Positions 23,418 to 35,558 of a stretch of DNA of 64,000 bases are shown piece by piece (position 1 is the first letter of the stretch; each line of letters opens with the position of its first letter). The stretch is from contig NC_134033.1 of the NCBI RefSeq assembly GCF_964204645.1, forward strand, positions 6,844,231 to 6,908,230, read 5' to 3'. This DNA is from Tubulanus polymorphus (Eukaryota > Animalia > Nemertea). The notes beneath the pieces were generated by a model that did not search any database, was not told the DNA's origin, and saw nothing but the letters and a program-made list of their open reading frames with translations. The translations under genes were made by a program, and so were the position numbers.

Positions 23418-23843
23418 ATGGATGATAATATTGATATTATTCCTCATGATATAAATAAAACTAAATTAAAAATATATTTAGAAAAACAAATATTAGAATT
23501 TGAAAATGACTTAAAGATAAAAAAGAAAAAATATTTAAAATCTAAAATTATATATTATTTGATTATAAGTGGTTCGGTTACAATTAGTTCTGTAATAACA
23601 TTTCTAGCAATATTTTCGCCATTAACACCTTTAGCTATATCAATTGGCGTATTAGGATTAAGTTCAAGTGTTTTAACTGGTATAAGTTCAAAATTAAATA
23701 TAAAAAGTAATAAAGAAAAAATTAAAACTAATATAAAAGAGATTAATAAATTGAAGAATACACTAGATTATATAATAAGTTTAAATGGTCATACAACAGT
23801 TGAAGAACAAGATAAATTATTAAAAGAATTGATAAATTATTAA
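23418..23843 (+). CDS. Maverick two-TM protein (141 aa)
   Basis: Central hydrophobic hairpin; near-identical to 36874-37308 and 63330-63764. Confidence 0.82.
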   Translation: MDDNIDIIPHDINKTKLKIYLEKQILEFENDLKIKKKKYLKSKIIYYLIISGSVTISSVITFLAIFSPLTPLAISIGVLGLSSSVLTGISSKLNIKSNKEKIKTNIKEINKLKNTLDYIISLNGHTTVEEQDKLLKELINY

Positions 23844-23859
23844 TTTTTTAATTATATAA

Positions 23860-25070
23860 ATGGTAGATAGTTTTCCAAAAGCTTTCCAATATAATAAATC
23901 AATTAAATATAATATTCCAGCAATAGATTTTGATAAAGATATTACATATAGAAATGAAGTTTTAGATTCATTAACTAATTTAGAAATTTATGTCACTGAA
24001 ACTTATAATTTTAATGCAAAGATGGAAAATATATTTCATGTATATTTAATTGATTTTAAAAAATTGAAAGATGAAAAACAATGGTTATTAAAATCTAATA
24101 TGAAGTATTGGCAGAACCAATTAAATTTTGCTGTTTATTGTGCAACAACAGGTTGTGGAATTAGTTGGAATGATCATTTGAATAATTCTAAATATAAATT
24201 AATTCAAAGTTTATTTAGATTTCATACATACTTTCAAATCAGAATAATATTAAAAGAATTAGAGTGTGCTTTACCAGGATCTAGATATTTTAAAGAATAA
24301 GATATTAATATTAATTTATCAAAGTTTTATAAAATTTGCAATGAATTTAATATAGATATAAATAATTATGATTTTAGAACAAAAATTGGAACAATAAGAT
24401 CACTTCCTTGCCCAAGAAATATTGCGGAATATTGTGCACTTCCCATACCATCTAATAGCTTTTATAATATCTATAATAATAAATTAGGTTATGCTAAAAT
24501 AGAAACAAAGGCTTTAGAAACATTAAATTTCAATAAATTACCGAAATTTTATGATCATTTAAAACAAGAAAACAATAATAATTGGGTTTATTTCATTTTA
24601 GAAAATAATGAAGGTTTTACAAAATCAGGTATACAAAGAATAAATCAATCTATTAGAACTTATTTGATATGTATTCTAGGTGCACAAGTTGAAACAAGAT
24701 CCCCAATAATTGGAAATTTATATACATCATTTGATACACAGAAACAATTCAAAGTATTATTTGAAGATTCAATTCATAATGATAAAAATAGGTCGATTCC
24801 AGAAAACATTGTAAGATATCAAAATTATTTAGATAAATCACATATTAGATTAGGTTATTGTATAGGCCATAATCTATCAATTATTTCTAATGATTTAGTA
24901 TTAAAGATGGGAAATATAATTGGTTATAATAATCTAATTAAAACTGCAACAATAAATAATTCATTTGGATTAAATGATATAAATAAAAAGATTATTACTG
25001 CTCCAAAATTAATGGAAGGTGAAAAAAATAAAAAACATATTCAATCAACAGAAACTAAAACTAAGAATAT
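23860..25070 (+). pseudogene. 5' part of conserved ~430-480 aa Maverick protein, split by the Helentron
   Basis: MKYWQNQLNFAVYCATTGCGISW shared with 35559-36857; breaks after STETKTKN and resumes at ~49906. Confidence 0.85.
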
Positions 25071-25125
25071 AGCTGCAAAGCAGCGATAACGAATTTTCTG
25101 CACAGTCTTAGAATCCTGTTCAACT

Positions 25126-25357
25126 GTGGATTTCGACAAAGCATTTGATTAGGCACAACATCAGCCATTACTAAACAGGCTATTAGGAAACAGTATCAAT
25201 GATAGGTCGCCCAAATGGCTCAGCAGTTATCTCTGAACGAAAACTTGTAGCCGAAATCAACGGAACGCCTCATCTTGGAATAAGTCGGTCAAACTAGTGG
25301 AGTCACGCAAGGTAGTATCCTAAGTTGTCTTCTGTTTAATGTCCTGACAAATGACAT
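25126..25357 (+). pseudogene. Non-LTR (LINE) reverse transcriptase fragment inside the Helentron
   Basis: Translates to VDFDKAFD and, after a frameshift, TSGVTQGSILSCLLFNVLTNDI (cf. DFxKAFD / SGVPQGSxLGPLLFxxxxND). Confidence 0.75.
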
Positions 25358-25984
25358 ACACAGTAATCCAACATATACCAGACCGAGTAAATTTCCAAAT
25401 CGACCTTAACACGCTGTTCGACTTAAAAACTTAATGTTCCATTAAGAAAATCTTGTTCGAATGAAAATTATTCTGTTTGAGCGAACAATACGCTTCTTGC
25501 TTGAACCAAAAATTTTCTTCATCCTGACAAAAAATGTGTTCGAATAAAAAGCTATGTTATTGTTGAAATGAAAAATTTTTAGTCCCGGCAAAAAAATTTG
25601 GTTGAGCGAAAACAATTTTTTCGAACCAATGTTTGAATGAAAACAATTCTGTTCGATTGAACGAAATACTTAATACTTTCGGTTCGGAGAAAAAACTTTT
25701 TTCAATATACTTGTTCGAACGAAAAACTTAATGTTCTGACAAGAAAATTCTGTTCAAATTAAAACGATTATGTTCAATTGAACGATTGTTCGAACGAAAA
25801 ACCTTTCGTTTGGACAAAAAAAAGTTTGTACAACTTTGTTCTAACGATTTTTTTCAAATTGGTTCAATCGTATAGAATATCGAATATAATATGGTTCGAA
25901 CGAAATAAATTTTGTTCCGACGAAAGAATTTTCAAGCGAAAGGTCTTTTGAACGAAAAAAAAAAGATATTTCTGGTGCTCCGCA

Positions 25985-26546
25985 AGTAATAGGGGTAATG
26001 GGCTTTCAGGCCAAAGGTCGAAGGGTCGAGCTCATTAAAAAACAAAACATTAAAAGTAATTCAAAACTATTATATATTTTCATAACCGTGTGTATTTTAT
26101 ATTATAACTAAATATTTATTCTAAGATATTAATAATTTAAATTTTAAAAGCATATTGTATTAAATCAATTGGTCGCTCCACTTCGCTACCGCTCCGCTCC
26201 GCGACCAATTGATTTATTTACAATACACAAATTCATATAAGCAAATATATTCAAATAATAATAATTATTCTATTATTCAACTGAAATACACACGGTTATG
26301 AAAATGTATTATAGTTTTAAATTACTTTTAATATTTGTTTTTAATGAACTCGACCATTCAACCTTTAACCTGAAAGCCCATTACCCCTATTACTCTTAAA
26401 ATAATCATGTACATGAATAACATTTAAATTGACAGATTATTCAATATAAAAGTATATATTTACAACATTATTTCAATATTCATATTTGTATGAGTTAGAT
26501 GTTTAAACATTAAAAGTGTTAGTAAAGTGTGATTGAAATAATGCAT
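25985..26546 (+). repeat. Left TIR of Maverick B1 (~560 bp), first ~410 bp palindromic
   Basis: Matches 44336-44706 (inverted) and 56601-57106 (direct); arms 25985-26097 and 26284-26394 are complementary. Confidence 0.92.
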
Positions 26547-27259
26547 AGCTGTTTATACTATAACATGATTCTATTTGAGCCTATATACATTTCATGTAAT
26601 GAACTATTGAATAAATCTATAAAGTCACAGCTGTTACAACTGTTACTATGACGCCGAGACATATGAGTCATAATATTACAAACGTGTAGAACACTCTAGA
26701 ACCGGAACCAGATGACGTGGCAAGAAATGAACAGGCGCTGTAACATTACGCTCAGGATATTCTATCTCTCGAAACGAAATTAGGAGTTTATAGTTTACAA
26801 TTCTTAATCTAAATGTAAGTACTGTTTTTTGTAGTTATTAGGGCTATTAAATATGAAACCTTTAGATATATTTAAGTGTATTTAGTATATCTTTCAGATG
26901 GCTAGAGTTGCCGCTAATATCTTTTAGATTAATAAAACGCCATACGCATCAAGAAGTGATAGAGAAACTCAAGATACTCTTTCTGACTGAGGAATCAACA
27001 GCAATGGGGATATCGAACCAATAGAAATTAGCACAAGAAACACAAGAATCGCCAAAAGATCGACGAAGAAACTATATAAGAATTTCAAAAACATTAAGAC
27101 TCCAATGATTAAGTTTAACATTTTTTGATGTAGTTAAATATTTACCAGCAATTGAAAAAATGTTTGTAATTATAAATTGTATTTATAGAAATCAAATGAT
27201 GTATTGGAAGAAACGGCCGAACAACTTGTATAATGTATTGTGTAAATCTGATTGGCGAA

Positions 27260-27610
27260 TTTTTATGTTCGGTCGTTTCTATTCAGAATGAATATATAAT
27301 TAGGATTAGCGCATGCGCATTGAGCATAACCGCACACGAATGCGCGGTTTTGCTCAGTGGTATGATTTAGAAATTTCATGTCGGTTGTTTCTATTTACAT
27401 AATGAATATATAATTATGATTAACGCATGCGCATTAAGCAAAAGCGCGCATGAATGCGCGGTTTGCCTAATGCGAACACGTTTAGAAATTTTCTGTGTTC
27501 GGTTGTTTCTATTTTACAGAATTTACATAATGAATACATAATTATGATTAACGCATGCGCATTAAGCAAAAGCGCGCATGAATGCGCGCTTTTGCCCAGT
27601 GGTATTATTT
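27260..27610. repeat. Three degenerate ~110-130 bp tandem units containing cgcatgcgcat
   Basis: gttcggt..ttctatt..aatgaata.ataatta.gatta.cgcatgcgcatt.agca repeated near 27300, 27420 and 27545. Confidence 0.75.
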
Positions 27611-27733
27611 AGATATCAAGGAATCGAAACAATTTATCAAAAGCAGCGAGGAATGAAAAAGGATGACGTTGGTAGAAGAAATGGAAGAGGATTCTAAAAT
27701 ATTAACCAATTTAGTAAAAAATACATATAATAA

Positions 27734-28406
27734 ATGGAACCAGAACAACCAGAAATTATCAATATTACAAATAACACTGCTGGTGTTATAAATATATACT
27801 ACAAGAAGTGTTCTAAATGTGAATTAGATAAATTAGCTATAACAGAATTTAATAAGCGTAAGATTAGCAAAGATGGTTTTCAATATTGTTGTAAAACTTG
27901 TTTTAAACTATATACCAAACAATATCGAGAAGATAATAGAGAAGCTTATAATGATTATATGACAGAATATATGAGAGAAAGATATCAAACAGATCTTAAT
28001 TTTAGATTGAAACAATGCTTAAGATCTAGATTAACACAATTATTCAACACATTCAGAAACACTATCTAATCTATTGGGTTGTTCAGATGAATTTCTCAAA
28101 TCATGGATTATATTTCAATTCGATGATAAAATGAATATAGATAATTATGGGGATTATTACCATATTGATCACGTGTTACCAATATCTAAATTTAACATGA
28201 ATGATGAATACAATAAAAAACTTATTTGGGGTTGGAAAAATTTAAGGCCTTTAGAAAAGAAAGAAAATCAAATCAAATCTAATAAACTAGATTTACAGTT
28301 ATATTTAGAACAGTTAACAAAGGCAAAGAAATTTATTGATCAATGGAACAATGATCCAAATAATGAACAATACGTTGAGGAATTTGATATCAAGGATCCG
28401 AAATGA
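27734..28406 (+). pseudogene. HNH-type endonuclease with N-terminal Cys4 finger, of a type seen in large DNA viruses; frameshifted
   Basis: KKCSKC..F....DG....CKTC; GCSDEFLKSW..QFDDKMNIDNYG.YHIDHVLPISKF...WKNLRPLEKKENQIKSNK. Confidence 0.72.
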
Positions 28407-28708
28407 CTTATCTGGACAGTTATAATTACTGCTCCTAATAGATAAACAAAAGTAGTGAGATATCAAATAGAATTTAAATAAAGTATAATAAAAAAACAAT
28501 AACTTCAACTAGCTAGTGAATTCTATTATATTTTTAATATTTTCTTTTCAAAAAGAGAATACTTTATATTTTGAATAGATTCAAATAGAAATTCTTTAAA
28601 TTCAAATAGCTAGTATCAGTAGTCAATACTAGAATTCTTTAGCTTTAACTAGCTAGTATCATTTGAAGAATACTTATAATATTTTTTTGCTTTTTTTCTC
28701 TAATATAA

Positions 28709-29310
28709 ATGTCAAAGAAATCTAATAAGAATAGTATTGATATTGAAAAAAAACATTAGATGATTTGGGTATAAGTGATAATAAAGATACAGTTTTAACT
28801 AATTGTGCTCAAGTTAATTGTAATATAGATTATGATACTATTTATATTGTAAGCATCATCTAGAACTATTGATTGCCGGTGGAAAAACTAAGGAGTTTTT
28901 AAATAGAATCATTACTTTTCAAGAATTTGATGCTATGAAACCAGATAAAGTAATAAAATATTTTAAGATTTATGAAGAGGCAAGATTGGCCCGAATAAAT
29001 GATTCTATTTCAGATGGTATTGTCAAATGTTATTCTAAGTTATGTAACCAGTTAATACCAATTGATGATGAAAATAAATTATATAGTGATTTGAAAAATG
29101 ACTACTTAGTTATGACTGAATTACAAAAATGGGTTGGTTATGCTTCATTTCAATTATGATTGGTTATGACATTAATTTCTACTGGCGTCATAACATTTTC
29201 GAACATCAAGCCTATGGAATATAAATCAGGTAAGAATGAAACAGATGACGCTGTACTACAACCAAACGTCGAAACAGAAAATGAATCAGAACAAAAATTA
29301 ACTAAAATAA
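28709..29310 (+). pseudogene. Conserved hypothetical Maverick protein with C-terminal hydrophobic segment
   Basis: Homologous to 54799-55389 (YEEARLARIND, DLKNDYLVMTEL). Confidence 0.7.
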
Positions 29311-29653
29311 ATGAGTGATGGAGTTAAGAAACAAATTAAATGGGCAAGAGAATTAGGTAAAAGATCTTCAGAATTAAAAAAAAGCTAAGAAAAAGAAATT
29401 AACTGATATAAATGAATCACAGACTTTATCTGATATTGATTCAAATAATAATCCATCTGATTCTTCTAATGCTGGAAGTAATTATAAATTATATATTACA
29501 ATTGGATTAGTAACAGTTATTATATTATCCGGTGTAATATATAAATCAAAATTCAAATCTAATGATAAAGATGATTACAATGACAATAAACCTATTATAC
29601 CAGAAAATAAATTAAATGATAAAGTCATTGAAAATAAACCAAGATTATTATTA

Positions 29654-30787
29654 ATGGATTAAAATAAGATTAAAAAAGAACAATATTTAAGAGATTTATA
29701 TTATAACCCAGAAAGTGAAGTATCATATTCTAACGTTTCAGAATTATGGAATAAAATTAAATCTGATAATGAAAATGGTGATGGTGCCGTACGGCACCCA
29801 CATGGTGGTATAAAATATAGTGAATTAAAATCATGGTTACAAAATCAACCAACATATCAAATACACAAGAAAATGGATAAAACTTATTTAACAAGAAAAG
29901 TTATGGTTTCATATATCGATCAACAATGGCAAGCAGATTTAATTGACATGAAGAACTTAGAGGAATACAACAAAGGATATTTCTGGATATTAAATGTTAT
30001 AGACATATTCAGTCGATACGCATGGTCAATTCCAATCAAAAATAAAACTGGAATAGAAGTAACAAATGCTTTTAAATCTATATTTAAAGAAGCTATTCCA
30101 GATAAGATACAATTTGATGAAGGTAAGGAATTCTATAACAAACATTTTAAAAAACTATTATCTGATAACGATGTAGATTATTTTTCAACACATTCAGATA
30201 AAAAAGCATCTATCATAGAAAGATTTAATAAAACATTGAAAACTAGAATGTGGAAATATTCTACTGCTAATGAAACATATAAATATATCGATGTATTAGA
30301 TGATTTAGTGAAAGGTTATAATAATTCTAAACATAGTTCTATAAATATGAAACCTATACAAGCTAGAAAAGAAGATAATTCGGAAATAGTTTGGAATAAT
30401 TTATATGGAGCATTTGTTACACATGATTTCGGTGAACCTAGATTCAAAATTGGACAACACGTCAGAATATCTAAATATAGAAAAACATTTTATAAAGGTT
30501 ATACCCCAAATTTTACTGAAGAAATATTCAAGATTAAAAAGATAATATTAACTAAACCATTTGTTTATAAATTAGAAGATTTAAAAGACGAACAAATATT
30601 AGGTTATTTCTATGAACAAGAATTATCACTAGTTCCAAGTCCAGATGAAATAGAATACAAAATAGAAAAAGTATTGAAAACAAAAACTCTTAAAGGAAAA
30701 AAGTATTCTTTGGTGAAATATAAAGGATACGATGATAAATTTAATGAATGGATTTTATCTAGTAAAATTAAAAGAATAAATGAATAA
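29654..30787 (+). CDS. Retroviral-like (rve) integrase with C-terminal chromodomain, Maverick B1; open from 29873, early stop in N-terminus
   Basis: QQWQADLIDM, IDIFSRYAW, QFDEGKEF, IERFNKTLK; YKIEKVLK..YSLVKYKGYDDKFNEWI. Confidence 0.92.
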
Positions 30788-31391
30788 AGATTTATTTATA
30801 TTTGAACCGCATAATATGTTAGTTACTGGTGTAACCAATTGTGGTAAAACACATTTCATATTAGATTTGTTAGAAACTATTTATAAGAATCGTTTTGATA
30901 ATATAATATTATTCTGTCCTACTTCTGAAATGAATAAAACATATGATAGAGATATAGTTAAGATAAAAAAGTTTATTATATTAGATCCTAAAACAGTAAA
31001 AGGAAATTTAGATAATTGTATTAAAATAGCAATCGATACTTATAAAGGATCAAATACATTATTCATTATAGATGATTGCGCAAATTTACATGATTCAAAA
31101 GTTAGAGAAAGTGAGTTATGTTATCTAGCTTTCTCTGGGAGACATTTTGGGATAACAACATGGGTTTTAAATCAAAAATATAATTCAATTGTTAAAGACT
31201 TTAGGGAGAATATAAGATTTCTAGTTTTATTTGATAACAAAGATAAAAAATCTATGCAACAATCATTGGAAGGAAATCAAATTATACCTACTGAATTACA
31301 TGATGAATATATGAATAAATTAAAGAATAATAAAGGTTCAAAATTATTACTGAGATTACAATTTCCCTATGAATATAAATTTGTAAAATAA
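30780..31391 (+). CDS. A32/FtsK-like DNA packaging ATPase, Maverick B1
   Basis: Walker A GVTNCGKT, Walker B LFIIDD, GRH motif, LNQKY. Confidence 0.9.
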   Translation: MNKDLFIFEPHNMLVTGVTNCGKTHFILDLLETIYKNRFDNIILFCPTSEMNKTYDRDIVKIKKFIILDPKTVKGNLDNCIKIAIDTYKGSNTLFIIDDCANLHDSKVRESELCYLAFSGRHFGITTWVLNQKYNSIVKDFRENIRFLVLFDNKDKKSMQQSLEGNQIIPTELHDEYMNKLKNNKGSKLLLRLQFPYEYKFVK

Positions 31392-31960
31392 CTATTTGTG
31401 TACCTATGTATTAGATGCCCTAATACCTGATACCCCATTAGATACCCTAATACCTGATACCCTATTAGATACCTTAAATACTTAAAACCCCCTTTTTTAA
31501 AATAAATATTATTTATACAATTTTCAACCAATTTATTTTTATTTTTTCAACTAATATATGAATCAGTTTGAAAATAATAAAGGTTATTTATTATTACTGA
31601 GGTTTCAATTTCCATATGAATATCTGTTTATAAAATAAGATATTTTATGTATTAGATTGTATTAGATATGTATTAGATATGTATTAGATATGTATTAGAT
31701 ACCTTAAATACTTAAAACCCCCTTTTTTATTTACTATTATTTTATACAATTTTCAACCTTTATTACTTTTTGAGTTAAATATAATTAATATCTTAATCAC
31801 TTTCACTATCAGACCCTAACAATTTATTCAAATTCTCTACCGAATTTTCTTTTTCAAATTCTTTATTATTTTTATACTTTTTCATCCTTTTTACCGAATC
31901 ATCAATAGTTGTTTCATTGTTATGCTTATTCATCCAATCAAATTTATCATTATTTTCTAC

Positions 31961-32647
31961 TTAATGTTTCATAGAATCTTTATTAGTGTTTGCTCCTAAT
32001 ATTTCATTTACAGTGTTTGATCCTAATATTTCATTAGCATCGGTTATATCTAATTCATCTTTATTAGGTGTTGCTAATAATAAATCTTCATATATTTTTT
32101 CACCATTTACTTTTTGATTTGAAACAAACTTTGTAACATATCTAAATGGGTGTTCTATAAATTCTTTTAAACCAACACGTTCTATAACATTATTTATATG
32201 TACCCTTGTTTTCATATGTTTATTCCAATTTGATGAAGCGTTTGAAAATTCACTTTTACAATATCCACAATAATTTCTATTTTCATTAACATTTAATATT
32301 ATTACATTATTAGATGTAGAAGGTATTACATTATTAGACGTAGAAGGTATTACATTATTAGATGTAGAAGGTATTACATTATTAGATGTAGAAGGTATTG
32401 CATTATTAGATGTAGAAGGTATTACATTATTAGATGTAGTAGGTATTACATTATTATCAATTACATTACTTAAATTATCAACAACTTCACTTTTATTATT
32501 ATCGATTTCTATTAGTTTAGTTTTATAAATTTTGAAAATAGGATCAAATATCAAAGCCATATTACAAGGTATTACATAATATAAACCATCATTATTTTCA
32601 TGTGTATCGATGTATGGAATATGTTTATATACTTTACCACCTTCCAT
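31961..32647 (-). CDS. B-specific zinc-finger protein with (NNVIPSTS)n repeat
   Basis: CGYCKSEF..WNKHMKTRVH; 24-bp tandem repeat at ~32300-32460. Confidence 0.7.
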   Translation of the reverse strand: MEGGKVYKHIPYIDTHENNDGLYYVIPCNMALIFDPIFKIYKTKLIEIDNNKSEVVDNLSNVIDNNVIPTTSNNVIPSTSNNAIPSTSNNVIPSTSNNVIPSTSNNVIPSTSNNVIILNVNENRNYCGYCKSEFSNASSNWNKHMKTRVHINNVIERVGLKEFIEHPFRYVTKFVSNQKVNGEKIYEDLLLATPNKDELDITDANEILGSNTVNEILGANTNKDSMKH

Positions 32648-32679
32648 TTATTATATAAATTTTTATTAAAGTTAAAATT

Positions 32680-33920
32680 CTAATACATAACACTATTTAA
32701 TTGAGAATTTACAATATTTAATTGTGCGTCAGATATAATATAAATGTGCATTTTAAAATTTTTGATTCCTTTATTCTTTGTCATGAATAATTGTATTCCA
32801 TCTTTAGTGTTCTGTAGTTTTTTTCCAGAACCATATAATGAATTATCCTCTGTTGTTCTAAAATCTAACCATAATGCATATTTATTACCGGTATAATAAT
32901 CAATTTGATTAATGTTACAATTTTCAGATGATTTTACTTTATCATTCATAAAATGTTTTCTAATTTCTGGCCATTGATCAATCATTCTCATTCCTTGACA
33001 AAATATTTTATTTGCTATTCCCTCGATAGTTATTCCTACTTTTGTTATTTCAGGATTATAATAATTATCAACATTTATTGCGCCATTAGTATATGTTGCA
33101 AAAGTATTAATATACCTTTAATAGATCTTCTTGGGAAGTTAATATTCTCATTAATAATTTCATCATTTGCATTTATAGTTATAGTTTTAAATTTATCAAT
33201 ATAATCATATAATAATGAAAATCCTTGATTGTATTGAGTTTGAATTATACTTGAAATATTTTCATCAGTTACTGTATCATATTCTAAACATATATTCGAT
33301 AATTTATAACTCATATCTTTATTAACGCTAGATATTGCAATTTCATTTACAGGAGCAAATGTTATTTCGAATATAACGTCTTCTTGAATTGCGTATTTAT
33401 ATAAAGGTGCATTGTTATTTATCAATTCAAAGTCTAATAGAATTTTATATTTGATTCCATATATACTTTTTATCAATTTATCTACAGCATTAGTTAATAT
33501 TGCGCTATTAGCTTCTGATCTTAATTTATTTTGGTTTTCTGATTGGATGCCTTGAAATATCATATTATTCCTATTTTCTTTAGTTAACCATAAATCTTTA
33601 TAATGCATAAATAAATTATAATCATCTAATGAGAAAACTGTTTCTGGACCAATCTTTATAGTTAATTTTTTAATCAAATATCTTCCAACATTATCAACGA
33701 CATAATTATTATTATTACCGATTACTTTTATATCGGCTGATAAATAAATACTATTTGGAACATAAAAAGTATTTTGTGTTAATCTAGGAATTCTAACATA
33801 TAAAGTTTCATCGGGATTAATATTAGAAGGGTTATGAGTAATTATATGATGTGATCTTTCTGCTTTGATAGCATTAGATATTCTATGATTTTTAGAAGGA
33901 TTGATATAAATCCCACTCAT
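32680..33920 (-). pseudogene. Major capsid protein (putative double jelly-roll), Maverick B1, one frameshift
   Basis: ORFs 33075-33920 and 32680-32991, ~410 aa together; beta-rich; C-terminal KYALWLDFRT..LxGSGKKL resembles the capsid-type FxxDF/GSG motif; homologue at 51583-52823. Confidence 0.75.
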
Positions 33921-33940
33921 TTATTTAACAAAAAAATTAA

Positions 33941-35543
33941 TTATTTATTTTCTATCATGTTTACTAACCCAAAAATAATTGCACTTACAACTGTAATTAG
34001 AAATAAAATAATATGTTCAGCAGCAAAGTTAATAATGTTTCCTGCAGATTTCAATATAAAACCAACAATTGATGCAATAACTCCTGGCAATGCTGCAGCA
34101 GATTTCTTTGATAGTTCCCATAAATATTTTGCTAATTTCTTTAAACCATCCTTAACTTTATCTTGTATAGAATTATTACCTGGGGGTTTATCTGGTTTAT
34201 TTGGAGTAGGAGTAGATTTCAGTGAATTTGATATAGCTAAACCTATTGTTGTAATTACCATAGTTACAGCTGTTAGAATTGAAAGAATTGTTATTCCTTC
34301 TAACTTAAATAATAATTTTATTCTATCTTTCAATGATATTTTAGAATCTGGTTTTATCAACAAATCTTTAAAAATAACTTTTAATCTATTAATATTATAA
34401 TCATATGATTTTAATAATGATTTAATTTCTTCTTTTTGTAATTCTATGTTATATTCTCAATCATCTTTTTCTTTTTCTAAATACGCATTTCTTTTTTTAA
34501 ATTCGATTTCTCTAATAACTATATTATCTCTATCTAATTTTAGTTGTTCTATTTCTTTAATTTTATCAGTTCTATCTTTTTCTAAAAACCTAATTTTAAT
34601 ATCTCTTTTACTTTTTTCATGCGCAATTTTATCAGTTGATTCTTGCATACCTTTAATTTCTCTACGCGCTTGTTCAGGAAATGCTTCTAATTCATCATCA
34701 TTTAAATCAAATAATCCTTTTTCTAGTAAAGATTGTATTCGATTTATTCCAGTTTCAGCACCGGGTGTATCTAAAGCACTATTCATCTCTTCTTCAAATT
34801 AATGAACTGTATCTAACATGTTATCAAAATGTTTTACTAATTGTAATTGACTTGAATCATTATCAATTTGTTGAATATCTCTTCTCGATATTTCGGGTGT
34901 TGAAGATCTTAATTTATCTAATCGATCTCTATTCTCTTCCATTTCCGTTTTTGAATTTTTATCGATTATTTCAAATAAGTCATTAATTCTTTGACTAAAT
35001 ACTCTTATATTATCATCTCTTTCTTTTTGTGTAACATCAGTTATTTCATTACTATTACTTATTCTTTTAATTTTATCTGGATCTAATTTTCTCAAAGTTG
35101 ATTCCGCTTATATTTCATTTAGTCTTGTCTTTTGATTAGTGATATCAATATAATAATCACCATCCAAACGATAATAATATTTACCTTTAAAAAGTTTTAA
35201 TTTTTGTACTAAAAGTCTGGCGCCTCTATCATTTATATTATATCCAGATTCTTGGGGGTTTATCTGGTTTATTTGGAGTAGGTTAATACATAAATTCATA
35301 ATTTTCAAAATGTTCTCTTTCCAAACCTTCATTTTCATTTTCAGGAGGTATTCTCGATCTAGTTCTTCTATCAAATTCATCTGTTGATGGGGCTTTAGAA
35401 CCACTATCTGCTAAATTAGAATTATATGCTGATTCATTACCATCATCAATATTAGTTTCTGCATCATTATAATCATCATCAATATATCCTTCATTATTAT
35501 TTCCCATGCCTTCCATTTCATAATCTTCTCCACCTTCTGCCAT
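33941..35543 (-). pseudogene. Acidic/coiled-coil protein with C-terminal membrane helices, Maverick B1
   Basis: Fragments 35283-35543, 34799-35095, 34457-34786, 33941-34363; homologue at 50105-51542. Confidence 0.72.
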
Positions 35544-35558
35544 TTACATAATAAAAAA

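Noticed and set aside
25066-25070. 5-bp TSD aatat around the 25-kb insertion
   Set aside because: aatat also precedes the second copy at 46244, so it is at least partly element end or A-rich target
26815-26897. Possible spliceosomal intron (gtaagt...tttcag|atg) in the B1 subterminal region
   Set aside because: The downstream frame stops after 9 codons and no second copy is in the window to confirm it
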